From contig OZ024749.1 in assembly GCA_964016885.1 (NCBI GenBank), positions 16,616,001 through 16,680,000 of the forward strand: a stretch of DNA of 64,000 nucleotides, written 5' to 3'. Positions 51,236 through 64,000 of the stretch are shown piece after piece (positions within the stretch are counted from its first letter, which is position 1; each line of letters begins with the position of its first letter). Source of the stretch: Eledone cirrhosa. Its lineage: Eukaryota. Both the position numbers and the translations under genes were made by a program. The notes under the pieces are model-generated. The model was given only the letters and a program-made list of their open reading frames with translations, did no database searches and was not told the DNA's origin.

Positions 51236-54200
51236 CAAGATGAATTACCTGGCATTGCCCGGGTTACTGTTGTTTTTATTCAGATTAGTAAACAATAAAT
51301 ATGAAGATGTTTTTTTTTTCTCATATTCATTTTATATAAAATATGTCAAAGTTGTAATAATAATAGAATTTAGAAATGAAAATCTGTTTAACCCGGTTTT
51401 ACCCGGGAGATTTGGTTCACTGATAAGAATTCAACTTCTTTTCTCAACCAAGAAACCAACAAAAATCACAAAAAAGGAACACGAAAAACAAAAAATATTA
51501 AGAATAACAAACCGAAATCCTAATAAATTTACTGTCAAATAAGGTTGAAAACAGAAATATGAAAACCCAAAAGAAAGAAAAAAAATTGAAATCCAAAAAG
51601 ACAAAACACAAACAAAGACAAACATAAAAATCAACCAAATTAATAATCACAAACTTACGTGCATTTATTTGCCTTCCTTTCAATTAAAATGGGCTGGCAC
51701 AGAAGTGAAGATCAACATGAAGTCGAACCATGTATGGCACGGAAAAGAGGCTGGCACAGAAGAGCGTTATCATTGTAGAGCCTCTTGGTAGACAACATTC
51801 TTAACTTCTCTTTTTGTTGAGTGAATGAAGAATCCCCGCGGAATTCCTACTCGGGAACATCCAACGTACAGTTGGCCATGTGAGAATGCCTGTTCACTCA
51901 GATTCAGTCCAACCACTTTCATCGATTGTCCCTGTGCCTTGTTGATGGTCATGGCAAAGCTGAGTTTGATGGGATATTGCAATCGCGTAAATTCGTTGAC
52001 GACGTCAGATGGACTGAGTTTTACTGGGGGGGGGGGGATTAGAACGTCTGTGCCAGCAGCTGGTTCGTTCAAGATTGTCGCAACCAGAATTTTGGACTTT
52101 AACGATTTGATGATCATTCCTGTTCCGTTACACATTGTTGGAGAGTCCTAGTTCCTTAGCATCATAACCGGCGCACCAACTTTTAGCTGCAGGTCGTGAG
52201 GCGGAAGTCCAGGAGGTGTTTGACTGTTGAGGAATTCAATGGTAAACATTGTGGCATCCTCAGCATTTTTTTGGTTTCAATAGATTTAAATGAAACTGTA
52301 TTCCCTGGAAGCCGATCGAGGAGTTTCTTGTTTATTTCGTCAACTGTCACATTGTGTGGTGCCAAAATAGCCCTCTCTCTAAGCCAGTTGTGGTCACAAA
52401 ACCAATTTTCAATGTCAGGAAACACAGACTCCATTAGTTCGTCCACATCAGACACGTAGTTTCCAAATGGAAGACGGATATGCTCTTCAGCTATATGTCC
52501 TTCCATCTATATGTCCATTGCTGACATCAAGAAGCTGCGCCGAAAAAGTTAAATAATCTTGATCGCCATGTACCTGAACTCTCATGTTGGTAGTCAGATG
52601 AAGTTTTTCAATATGATGCCAGAGATATGACAACTTTATTGAAGCGTTGATCTCGTCTGCTCTTGTCTCTTTCGGGATGACAGGAAGAGTCTGCCGGAAA
52701 TCACCAGCCAGTAGAACTGTCGTACCGCCCATCAGCCGAGTATTGTGCCGTGAGTCTCGAAGAGTCCGATCAAGAGCTTCGAAAGCATTTTTATGACTCA
52801 TCGTTACCTCGTCCCAAATGATGAGGCAGCACTCTGCGAGTAGATTGCCTTTTGCCGATCCTCGACTTATGTTGCAGGTTGGAGTTTCTTTTTTCGCCAA
52901 GTCCAGTGGTAGTTTGAAGGCTGAATGTGCCATTTTACTGCCATGTAGCAGGGTTGCCGCAATACCACTGGATGCAACTGCTAAGACAATGCGGTTGTCT
53001 TGTCTCAGCTTAGCCAGCAGCAGGTTGATGAGGAAGGTTTTTCCTGTGCCGCCAGGAGCATCCAAAAAAAAAAACATTTTTCCTTCGTAAGAGTCGATGC
53101 TGGAAAGCATCCTATGGTATGCTTGTCTCTGGTCGTCCAAAAGTCGGGGCTCATCCTGAGCTACTTGGGCCGCCATTTTGTCTGTGTTGTAGTTCAATTC
53201 CCGCATATACTCAGCAGATAAAGCATTTGGACGGTTCCGTGGTTGAGGCAAGCCGAAATCTACTACACCAACCGTTGTCATTGATTGCAGCCGACTTTCC
53301 AGATCGAGGAGAGCCTCATTGTAGAAGGCATCGTTGAATGCGAAAACTCCTAAAGGATCCTCAGCTTGCAGTCTTCGAAGGAAATCCTCTGACATGCTGT
53401 CTTTGTATGTTTCCCAAAGCTGAAGGGGCTCACCCATGTTGCAGAAGATCAACATAATGCAAAAAAGACGTCGCATTTCTCGCGGTTTCCTACATTCAGC
53501 GGCCTCTTCCATTGCCACGTTCCAATGAGAATCATTCTCTAACATCCCATGCTTCAAGCACGCGCCCCTGTAAGTAGAGCAGATTTCTCCGTCGAAAAGC
53601 CTGAGATCTGTGAACGATTTTGGCCCAGCGACGCGGTGTAGCAGCATCCGCAAAAAAAAAAATTCTTGGTCCTTTGGATGGGCTGTGTAGACACGCCGGA
53701 TAGCTTCACCTCTGTAGATAGCCTCACCTTGCACATTGTCAACAACCACACCTCTACGCCGTCTGTGCCATTTTTGTTCGACCATGTGAAGAAGGATGGG
53801 ACGTCCGCATAAAGAAGAGTTGCAGCATAGGTATCGGTGGAGCATAACTTGAAAAAAGCCGTTAGTGTCGTTTCAGGCGGCTGCTCGATCACTTTGGATG
53901 CGCTGTCTTCAGTGAAGTAAACGCGTTGGCCATTCTTGAGGTGAACATCCAAATTCATAACAGCTGGGGAAGACTGGTGAATCTCGAATCCCCAAATCCG
54001 CCATGCAGCCATGTTGGACGAAATGTATCGACCCATTAAGTACTGCTTAATTTCGTCATTTGTAGTACCCTCACGATGAATGTCCACAACAGCCATGTCC
54101 TCGCCTTTGTTGATATATTTACATATGTATTTAATGCTTTTCACGGATGAGCAGGACTCTACGTTGATGTGTGCATTAAACATTCGCGCAAGGAAAGGAT

Positions 54201-55915
54201 TGTAGGGCACCACCAAGCTGTTATCAATTTCATATGTTTTTCCATTTCTCGTAATCATAGCAGTAATCCCACCAAAGTCGGGCGCACGTCAGCAGTAAAT
54301 GGGGTAGCCATCAATTCCAGTGCATGTTTCCTTGTTGAAAGCTCTGGGATATCGTTTCGTGCACTTGTTCTGTGCCATACAGGGTGATGCAGGGTTTATG
54401 ACGCCACATGGTCCGTGTATCATGTGCTTTGAAACAATCCTGAAGAGTTCGGGGTCCTTTTGAGGGTCTGGCAGCTCTGCCCATATAACCCGATCGATGT
54501 CCGAAGGCCTGATTCTCTCCTTGCACCAAATTAATATATGAGCGTGTGGGAGACCCCGTTTCTGCCATTCCACTGTGTACATCCATGCATTCAGTTGCCC
54601 GAAAATGGCACCATGTTTCAGCAACCACGTAAGGTTTTGCAATTTAAGATGGAAAACTCTCGCAGATAAGTCATGTCTGTCGCAGGTTGCCTGTCCGTTG
54701 AATAGTTATTCCTTAATCTCCGGCCAGTTAGGGTTGCATGTGAAGGTTATAAACAGGTTAGGACGCCCAAATTTACGAACATATGACATTGCATCCTGTG
54801 TTTGCTGATGCATATACAGTGGTGACCCGGTAAAGCTGGAAGGTAGAATCACCTGATGTCCAACGTTGGATGTGTCACCGTCACACTGCACAGCGTCCTT
54901 TAGGTGGACGTATTTCTCGGCTCGCAGAGTTTTCTGATTAAGCCGTATGAAAAATAGCCTTTCACCTTCTATTTTGGCGTACATGTCGACCAAGAATTGG
55001 TTAGTTATGTCCCTGAAGCATAGAATTTGGTTGAATTGACCATCTCGAATCATTAGACGGTATGCGTAAAAATCCCTGTAAGAAACACGTTTAGACAATT
55101 CAGCACCGCTCGTCATAGCGAAACACGAATTATATTTCCGTGTGCCCTTGCAGAATTTCTTGGCGTCGTTGGAGTTTCCGGTGAGCATATTTTTCAGAAT
55201 TTCAGGTGGATTTGCCAACGCTTGAAGTCGAACCATACCTCTAGAACAACAAAGTCCGGGTGCATCGTTGCCCCACTTCTTGGCCCCGCAATACTGGCAT
55301 ATCTTGTCCATTTTACCAAGAGTTATGGCAGGGTGATCAGTAAAATCATCAGAACGGCTGTAGTTGAAGCCAGCTTTCATCCAAACAACGCCTCTTGCAG
55401 AAGCTACATTTCTTTGATGTCTCCCTGCCAGCCTTTCTTCTGTTACCACAACCGACTCCTCGAGAAGAGAGCGTTGATTGCGGCTGCGTTTGTGAGCAAG
55501 GCGGGCCTCCTTTGCTTCGGCTGACTCTTCAAGAATAGAGCGTTGATTGCGAATATGCTGGTCAGCAAGGCGGGCCTCCCTTGCTTCGGCTGACTCTTCG
55601 AGAAGAGAGCGTTCATTGCGATCGCGCATGTCAGCAAGGCGAGCCTCCCTTGCTTCTTCAGACTCCTCGAGAACCGAGCGTTCACGATACTGACGTGACG
55701 TTGAAAGTCTGCCTTCTTTTTGGCTAGCCGTTTCCTAGTAAAATAAATACAAAAAAAGTTAATTTAAAATAAAATACAGATAAACGTGTATTGCAAAATA
55801 AGCATAAAAAATAAAAGAAGGCGTACCTATGCTCGCGATTCCCTTTGTCGCAATTTAAGGAGTTTGATTCTTTTAGAAGAGATAATAGAGCATTTTCGTT
55901 TAGGCATAACCTGTG
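51236..55915 (-). mobile_element. Decayed autonomous Helitron encoding Rep-Helicase (frameshifted)
   Basis: FITFTCNPNWPEI, VEWQKRGLPHAHILIW (HUH) and KYICKYINKG (Y2). PIF1 motifs DAPGGTGKT, IIWDE, GDFRQ, FAMTINKAQGQS and HGQLYVGCSRV. 3' hairpin cccgggcaatgccagg plus CTTG|T at 51239-51236. The 5' end was not found. Confidence 0.93.
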
Positions 55916-56559
55916 ATGTGACAGAGCATGTTTAAATTTCTTATTTTCTGCTTCCCTTGCAAAGTATACTTGTCACCTAGCTTTTCTCCTAGCATCCTAA
56001 CAGTGCTCGATACTCCCCCATTCTACCATTTTATCCATGTCTGTCTTTTGGCCTTAATTTTCTCCACCCTACTGTTCCACTACCAAGTCACTCTCCCTCA
56101 ACCTAGAGACCTGCTTCATCCACAGATTTCATTTTTTGCCGTCAAGAATTCCCATTTCTCCACTACTTTAATCAGTCATATCAATCCCAGTACTAATTAT
56201 TCAAAGCTGGCACTTACTTTATTAATCTCTTTTGTCAAATTACACTAAGTTATGGGATATTAGCACACTTACAAACCTAAACATGGTAACACACACACAT
56301 TATGCAAACCTAAACATGGTAACATGCACACGTAGTAGTTTTACACGATCGAACAAACTGTAAATGATTTTTATTGCAGTAGAAGTGTGCTTAGAACGCG
56401 CAAAAAATCAAATCTTGTTCACGATACTGGTGTGATGTTAATGCAACCCATTTAAACTGATTATTGTAGTTAAATAAACTAATGAAATGCAAAGTATGCC
56501 TTATTAATTTGAATGTGTTGTTTATGCAGAAGTCTCCTTAGAACTGTATTGTCCATTTA

Positions 56560-58711
56560 AGAATACACCCTGCCTTTCATTTTTAGGGAGAACCCTTTAG
56601 CGGCTAATAGTGGTATAAGCTCTCTGAACTTTTTCCATCCAGTTCTGACTCTAGCTACTGTACTTTCAGAGCACCCTCCCCCACTGCTGATTTTGTCGCC
56701 CAGGTAACGGAAGCTGTCCACTATTTCTATAGAACCATCTGTGCAATGGAAAGAGCTAGTATTTTGTGGGCACTTGCTGCTACTTATTGCACCAGAGCAC
56801 TGGCCACATGTAAAATTTATGTTCTTAGTTAGCTTACCTGTGATCCCACTACATCTTTTATGCACCCATACTTTGCATTTGGGACATAAAATGGAGCTTC
56901 TACCTACTCCTTTCCTACACACTGAGCATGGCCATTTCCCGGATGGGACCGGTGCCCTATTTTCCTTCTTACAAACTAGAACTTTAGTCTTAGACAAGTT
57001 AATTTTAAGGTCTTTTGATTCTAGGCCATGCTTCCATGTTAGGAATTTCTTCTCTAGTTCGGCCATTGATTCAGCTATGAGCGTTAGATCATCTGCGTAT
57101 AGGAGTTCCCATAGGCAGCCCGTCTTGAACTCCACTGTTATAACCTGAAGGGCAATAATAAATAGTAGGGGGCTAAGAACGGAGCCCTGATGAACACCAA
57201 CTTTTACGCTAAACTCTTCACTATATTCGTTGTTAATTCTAACCTTGCTGACTGTTTCTTTATACATGGCTTGTATAGCTCTCACAAGCCATTCATCAAC
57301 ACCTAGTTTTCTAAGAGCCCACCAGATAATGGAACGGGGGACTCTGTCGAAGGCTTTCTCCAAGTCGACAAAAGCTAAGTATAGGGGTTTACTTTTAGCT
57401 AGGTACTTCTCCTGTAGTTGTCGTACAATGAAAAGAGCGTCTGTGGTACTTTTGCCTGACACAAACCCGAACTGCATTTCATCTAGATCAATTCTCTCTC
57501 TGATTAGTTGCGCTATTACGTTTTCTGTGACCTTCATGACCTGGTCGATTAATTTAATGCCTCTATAGTTACTCCTATCTAGGGCATCTCCTTTACCCTT
57601 GTCACAGTTAATGATGATGCTGCTACGCCAGTCCTTCGGAACAACCCCATTCTGTATGACTTTATCCGGGTGACCATGGTGTGTCCCACCGTTCCAAAGG
57701 CTTTCAGCATTTCAGCAACTATTTCCGAAGGCCCAGCCGCCTTACCCATCTTCATATCTTTGATTGCCTTATTTATTATACTACCTTCGACTAACACTGC
57801 TGGTCCCTCTATTGGGTCGATGTGGGGGAGACTGTCTTTCTCCCATTTATTCTCCTCATTTAGTAGCCTTTCGTAGTGACACTTCCAGGCTACCTTCTTA
57901 TCAGCATCAGTGATGGCAAGTACACCATTATCATTAAGTACACACTTCTCCCTGACAATATCACGGTTTTCCTTGACACATTGCCTAGCAATCCTGAACA
58001 CCTCACGATTTTGGTCCTCGCGTTGTAGAACATGCTTGAACTTTCTTTCCTCTGCTTCCCTTCTTGCGAAGTACACTTGTCTCCTAGCTTCCCTCCTGGC
58101 CACTTGATAGTCTTCTCTACTTCGCCCATCCTGCCATACTTTCCAAGCCTGCTTTTTGGCCTTAATTGACTCCTCCACCTAACTGTTCCACCACCATGTT
58201 ACTCTCCTCCTGCCTATAGGCCTGCTCCAGCCACAGACTTCGTCTGCCGCCATCAGCAGGTTTGCTTTCAGGAATTCCCACTGTTCCTCTATATTGTACG
58301 ACTCTAAGTGCTCTTCCTTACTGTCGAAAGCATCAAGTAATATGCTTTTAAATTTATTTCTGGCTGTGGGGTCCTTTAGCTTCCATATTTTTCTCCTGAG
58401 GATAGTCCTCTTCTGCTGTCGAGTATGTCTCGTCCTGACTATGAGGTCGCTAATTATCAGTCTATGTTGGGAGGTGCATTCTTCATGGGGGAGGGATTTA
58501 GTGTTTACAACAGACACTCTGTCACGTCTTCTGGTAAGGATATAATCTACCTGGCTGGTATGTTCCCCTGATCTGTAGGTGATCAAGTGATTGTCTCGTT
58601 TTTTTAAGTTAGTGTTACAGATAGTTAGGTTATTTGCGTCACAGAATTCCAGGATTCTGGAGCCTTCCTCATTTCTAGTACCAAACCCATAGCCTCCGTG
58701 GATTCCATCAT
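56560..58711 (-). mobile_element. RTE LINE internal segment (same family as 34068-37620)
   Basis: ORFs 58913-58179, 58178-57579 and 57537-56557, with YADD and the PHD-like finger. Confidence 0.92.
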
Positions 58712-58820
58712 TTATATATATATACATATATATACATATATATATATATACATATATATACATATATATACATATATATATACATATATATACATACATA
58801 TATATATATATACATATATA

Positions 58821-58852
<32 letters not shown>

Positions 58853-58920
58853 CATATATATGTATATACATATATATGTATATACATATATACATACATA
58901 TACATACATACATATATATA

Positions 58921-59781
58921 TGGTGGTGGCTGCCAACTCGTTTTCGAGTACGGCCACTACTTCATATCCATGTAGGAGAACCCCTACCAGTAGCACCAAC
59001 TGGTGACCTGACATACATATATATATACATACATACATACATATATATATACATACATATATATATACATACATACATATATACATACATACATATATAT
59101 ACATACATATATGGTGGTTGCCAACACGTTTTCTAGTACGGCTACTACTTTATATCCATGTAGGAGAACTCCTACCGATGCGCTGAACGAGTGTGACTTT
59201 TTAGTCCAGCCAGCGACTTGAAAACTCTGGAACAAACACTACACCTGTGACAATTATTGACACATAGTGCTGGGTTCATGGTACCACGTGATGACAAGTG
59301 CAGAGAGATCTCCAGATATAAAGCAATGCCTGTGCCGTGAAGCTTTTATAGTGAGCAAAGGCACTGCACAAAGCCAGTCCCACTCTCTTAACCAAGATGA
59401 TATTTACCAAAAAGAAGAACATGTCAACATCATTGGATACCATCAGAGTTGCAGGCATTATATCAGAGTTTTCCTTCTCCTAGAATTCTGCCTTGACAAA
59501 GGCTAAGGGGTCATCACTCCCGATGATTTTTGATGGCCATTGACTCTTAAGAGCTCCTTTGCCCTTTGACAGGTTTTGTTTTTAGTCCTGCAGGATGTCC
59601 AAAGTCACCCTCCTCACCAAGAAACCTTGGTGGAGTTGCCAGTTTAGTCGCCAATGACCCGACCATGAGACAAGGTTATACTGGGATACATGTTACCAGT
59701 AGCACCAACTGGTGACCTGACATACATATATATATACATACATACATACATATATATATACATACACACATATATATATAC

Positions 59782-59814
<33 letters not shown>

Positions 59815-60502
59815 CATACATACATATATATATATACATACATACATACATATATATATACATACATACATATATATACATACATACATATATGGTGGTT
59901 GCCAACACGTTTTCGAGTAGGGCCACTACTTTATATCCATGTAGGAGAACTCCTACCGATGCGCTGAACGAGTGTGACTTTTTAGCCCAGCCAGCGACTT
60001 GAAAACTCTGGAACAAACACTACACCTGTGACAATTATTGACACATAGTGCTGGGCCCATAGTACCACGTGATGACAAGTGCAGAGAGATCTCCAGATAT
60101 AAAGCAATGCCTGTGCCGTGAAGCTTTTATAGTGAGCAAAGGCACTGCACAAAGCCAGTCCCACGCTTTTAACCAAGATGATATTTACCAAAAAGAAGAA
60201 CATGTCAACATCATTGGATACCATCAGAGTTGCAGGTGTTATATCAGAGTTTTCCTTCTCCTAGAATTCTGCCTTGACAAAGGCTAAGGGGTCATCACTC
60301 CCGGTGATTTTGGATGGCCATTGACTCTTAAGAGCTCCTTTGCCCTTTGACAGGTTTTGTTTTTAGTCCTGCAGGATGTCCAAAGTCATCCTCCTCACCA
60401 AGAAACCTTGGTGGGGTTGCCAGTTTAGTCGCCAACGACCCGACCATGAGACAGGTTGTACTGGGATACATGTTACCAGTAGCACCAACTGGTGACCTGA
60501 CA
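58921..60502 (-). mobile_element. Head-to-tail array of a non-autonomous bipartite RTE-like element (two copies of about 610 bp and one mini copy of about 90 bp)
   Basis: Units 60501-59893, 59720-59113 and 59012-58921 are each followed by a (TATG/TA)n tract. RTE-type 5'-UTR motif ggagaaggaaaactctga. The 3' end encodes [22 protein letters not shown]. Confidence 0.7.
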
Positions 60503-60547
60503 TAAACATATATATATATATACATATATACATACATGTATATATAC

Positions 60548-60578
<31 letters not shown>

Positions 60579-60589
60579 CATATCCATAT

Positions 60590-62342
60590 ACAAGTTAACT
60601 TTAAGGCCTTTTGATTCTGGGCCATGCTTCCATGTTTGGAATTTCTTCTCTAGTTCAGTCATAGATTCAGCTATGAGTGTTAGATCATCTGCGTATAGAA
60701 GTTCCCATGGGCAGCCGGTCTTGAACTCCTCTGTTATATCCTGAAGGGCAATAATAAATAGGAGGGGGCTAAGGACAGAGCCTTGATGAACACCAACATT
60801 TATGCTAAATTCTTCACTATATTCATTGTTAATTTTAACCTTGCTGATTGTTTCTCTATACATGGCTTGTATAGCTCTCACAAGCCATTCATCTACACCT
60901 AGTTTTCTAGGAGCCCACCAGATAATGGCGCGGGGGACTCTGTCAAATGCTTTTCCAAGTTTACAAAAGCTAAGTAGAGGGGTTTACCTTTAGATAGGTA
61001 CTTCTCCTGTAGTTGTTGTACAAGGAAAAGGGCGTCTGTGGTACATTTACCTGACACAAACCCAAACTGCATTTAATCTAGATCAATTCGCTCTCTGTGA
61101 CCTTCATGACCTGGTCAACTAACTTAATGCCTCTATAGTTTCCCCTATCTAGAGCATCCTCTTTACCCTTATAGCAGTTAATGATGATGCTGCTACACCA
61201 GTCCTTTGGTAGGACCCCATTCTGTATTACTTGGTTTACTATCTGTGTGACCATATTATGTCACACCATTCCAGATGCTTTCAACATCTCAGCAACTATC
61301 ACCGAAGGCCCAGCCGCCTTGCCTGTCTTCATATCTTTGATTGCCTTACTTATTATACTACCTTTAACTTGCACTGCTGGTTCCTCTATTGGATCGATTT
61401 GGGGCAGTCTATCTTTTTCCCATTTATTCTCCTCATTTAGTAGTCTCTCGTAGTAACACTTCCAAGCTATCTTCTTATCAGTATCAGTGAGGGCAAGTAG
61501 ACCGTTATCATTACGGACTCACTTCTCCCCGACAATATCACAATTTTCCTTGACACATTGTCTAGCAATCCTGAACACCTCACGTTTTTGGTCCTCTTGT
61601 TGTAGAACATGCTTGATCTTTCTATCCTCTGCTTCCCTTCTTGCACGGTACACTTGTCTCCTAGCTTCCCTCCTGGCCACTTGATATTGTTCTCTACTTC
61701 GCCCATCCTGCCATACTTTCCAAGCCTGCTTTTTGGCCTTGATTGTCTCCTCGACCTTACTGTTCTACCACCAAGTTACTCTCCTCCTGCCTATAGGTCT
61801 GCTCCAGCCACAGATTTCATCCGTAGCTTTCAGCAGGTTCACTTTCAAGAATTTCCACTGTTCCTCTATATTGTACGTCTCTAATTGCTCTTCCTTACTG
61901 GCTGTGGGGTCCTTCAACTTCCATATTCTTCTCCTCAAGGTATTCTTTTGTTTTATGTTCATTGTTCATCACACACACACACATAATTGATATTCTCTTT
62001 GGAATTATTGATGAAACTTGTTAGAAACACAAGAGAAGTTCCTAGCCAAGATTAAGTTGCTTTATTTAGCTTTTGTAGATCTAGAAAAGGCCTTTGACAG
62101 AGTACCTAACTCTTTTATCTGGTGGGCCTTCAGAAATTTAGGTGGAGAATGGCTTGTGAGAGCAGTGCAAGCCATGTACAGCGGAGCTGTCAGTAAAGTG
62201 AGAGTAGGAAGGGAGTTTAGTGAGGAATTCAATGTACAGGTAGGTGTTCATCAAGGTTCAGTTCACAACCCACTGCTGTTCATTGTAGTTCTCCAGGCCA
62301 TAACCAATGGGATTAAGACTGGCTGTTCATGGGAAACAGTCT
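60590..62342. mobile_element. RTE fragments (minus 60590-61950, plus 62018-62342); start of duplication-unit copy 4
   Basis: Paralogous to 23410-25110. Confidence 0.87.
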
Positions 62343-62343
62343 A

Positions 62344-64000
62344 TAATAATAATAATGAAATTATTGTGTAAAGTGCTCAGGTGCACTACAACTCGTCAAT
62401 ATAGTACATAGAATAATACACAAATGTCAGGGAAGTACATGTGTGCATGTGTTAGCTGTAGTGTTGGCGGTTCTCGGGAAGCATGGAGGCCTTAAAGGAT
62501 GCAGTGTCTCGACAGCTAACAACTGATGCAGGTAGTTTGTTCCATGCTTCAGCAACTCTGAGCGTGAAAAAATGTTTCCGAAAGTCATGGGAACTGTGCT
62601 GTTTTCTTACTTTGTGGGCATGTCCACGTGTGTTAGACACATGGAAATCGAAAAGGCACTCAGGGTTGTTGTTGGCAACATGGTTAACAATTTTATGGGT
62701 GTTTACCAAGTCAGTTGCCAGGCGTCGGAGCTTCAATGAATCCATGCCCAGGGAAGCAAGGCGCTCAGAGTATGGTAGATGCCTGATGGAGGGTATTCGC
62801 TTGGTTGCACGTCTCTGAACAGTTTCCAGGCGGTCAATGTCCTGAGCAAGATAGGGGTTCCAGACTGGTGATGCAAATTCTAAGTGTGGTCGCACCATAG
62901 CTGTATACAGCCTTAAATAGATATCTGGAGAGCGGCTGACAAAGGTCTTGCTGAGTGATGCTAAGACACCCTCGGCCCTCTTGACAATTTTAGAGACGTG
63001 CCTCGTCCAACGCAAATCACTGCTGACCGTAATGCCCAGGTCACGTTCACAGGAAGACTTCTTGATATTAGTGCTGTGGAGGGAGTATGTGGACGCTGGG
63101 TTTTTACTCCCAAAATGCATGGTGGTGCATTTGTCCACAGCTAGCTTGAGTTGCCAGTCTGAGATCCACTGTTGCATTGTGTCCAGGTCAGACTGCAAGC
63201 AAGATCTATAGTGTTCAGGATCTGTCCTTTTTATCTCAAGGTACAGCTTGATGTCGTCTGCGTACTTTAGTACTGTGGCATTCCTTAAGTTGGCATCTAT
63301 GTCATTAATATATGCCACAAACAAAAGGGGGCCAAGAACAGATCCCTGAGGTACACCAGATGACATCTCATATGGTGAGGAATGCTGTCCCAGAACCGTG
63401 ACTACCTCTCTTCGACTGAGAATGAAGGACTTCAACCAGTTAAAAAGATCATCCTTCACACCCATTGCAGAGAGTTTTGCCATAAGCCTTTTGTGTGGCA
63501 CAGAATTGAAGGCCTTCGCAAAGTCAAGGTAAACAACATCCACCCATGAGCCGCCATCAGTGATCCGGGTGATGTCCTCAAGAAACTCTATAAGTTGATC
63601 ACAGCAGCTGGAGTTGGGGATAAATCCAAATTGCGAGGGCCGGATAATACTGTGAGAGCTCCAGAAGTTCCAAAGTGTTTCTCTGACACAGGATTCCATC
63701 AGTTTGGCGATGCAACTAGTAAGACTGACTGGACGATAGTTCACAGGTGATGTGCGGTCACCCTTTTTGAACAGAGGAATGACACTGGCAGTTTTCCACT
63801 GTTCTGGAATAGCACTGATGTTCAGACAGAATTGGAAGAAGCGTGATAACTGGTGTAGAAGGAAGTACCCACCACGTTTAAGAAGCAGGTACGTAACACC
63901 ATCAAGACCAGGAGAGGCATGGTTGCGTTTATTTTTTAGGTGACGTCGCAGCATTGCAAGTGTAAATTCCATGGTTGTAATAGAGTCCGGTGTCATAGGT
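62344..64000 (-). mobile_element. CR1-group-like LINE, 3' part (runs off the window), with (ATT)n tail
   Basis: Tail aataataataat at 62344-62356 interrupts the RTE block. Contains an uninterrupted RT ORF. Confidence 0.88.
62452..64000 (-). CDS. Non-LTR retrotransposon ORF2 reverse transcriptase (partial, intact over 514 aa)
   Basis: SPGLDG, NYRPVSLTS, QFGF, YLDFAKAF, GVPQGSVLGPLLF, YADD, RDLGI and TRGH..FFTLRVAEAWNKLP. Confidence 0.92.
   Translation of the reverse strand, partial: PMTPDSITTMEFTLAMLRRHLKNKRNHASPGLDGVTYLLLKRGGYFLLHQLSRFFQFCLNISAIPEQWKTASVIPLFKKGDRTSPVNYRPVSLTSCIAKLMESCVRETLWNFWSSHSIIRPSQFGFIPNSSCCDQLIEFLEDITRITDGGSWVDVVYLDFAKAFNSVPHKRLMAKLSAMGVKDDLFNWLKSFILSRREVVTVLGQHSSPYEMSSGVPQGSVLGPLLFVAYINDIDANLRNATVLKYADDIKLYLEIKRTDPEHYRSCLQSDLDTMQQWISDWQLKLAVDKCTTMHFGSKNPASTYSLHSTNIKKSSCERDLGITVSSDLRWTRHVSKIVKRAEGVLASLSKTFVSRSPDIYLRLYTAMVRPHLEFASPVWNPYLAQDIDRLETVQRRATKRIPSIRHLPYSERLASLGMDSLKLRRLATDLVNTHKIVNHVANNNPECLFDFHVSNTRGHAHKVRKQHSSHDFRKHFFTLRVAEAWNKLPASVVSCRDTASFKASMLPENRQHYS

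Noticed and set aside
60415-60502. Possible HDV-like ribozyme at the 5' end of the bipartite RTE element
   Set aside because: Partial elements are present (ccagtt/aactgg pairing, gta-tcccag-tac, CTAA), but I could not fit them to the required P1-P2-P3-P1.1-P4 order by eye. A descriptor search is needed.

Overview
This is eukaryotic, AT-rich, repeat-dense DNA, most likely from a C2H2 zinc-finger cluster of a coleoid cephalopod (Octopus). That assignment is inferred from the [22 protein letters not shown] finger style, the RTE/SINE repertoire and the (TA)n/(TACA)n tracts. The window holds four copies of a tandem segmental-duplication unit (about 1.55-16.7, 23.4-30.7, 42.5-49.7 and 60.6-62.3 kb). 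These carry one intact 17-finger ZNF gene (30079-28550, minus strand) and a pseudogenised paralog (about 16.1-15.3 kb). The rest is transposable elements: many RTE-clade LINE fragments (one near full length), tRNA-derived SINEs, a Gypsy-order LTR retrotransposon (3355-7357), a decayed autonomous Helitron and two non-autonomous ones, Penelope-like elements, a CR1-like LINE and a 72-bp minisatellite. The main observations are as follows. (1) The LTR element has a 22-bp target-site duplication, confirmed against empty paralogous sites in this window, at a hairpin target. It also has an atypical PBS region and RNase H, and a clear -1 frameshift pseudoknot. (2) Six families of type-I hammerhead ribozyme motifs occur in Penelope-type repeats; one is complete and one was hit by a SINE. 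(3) There are long near-perfect palindromes. (4) A minisatellite appears to have arisen from the end of a TTAA-inserted element. (5) A conserved 202-nt candidate 5' exon may belong to the ZNF genes. Everything was read by eye; no searches were run.
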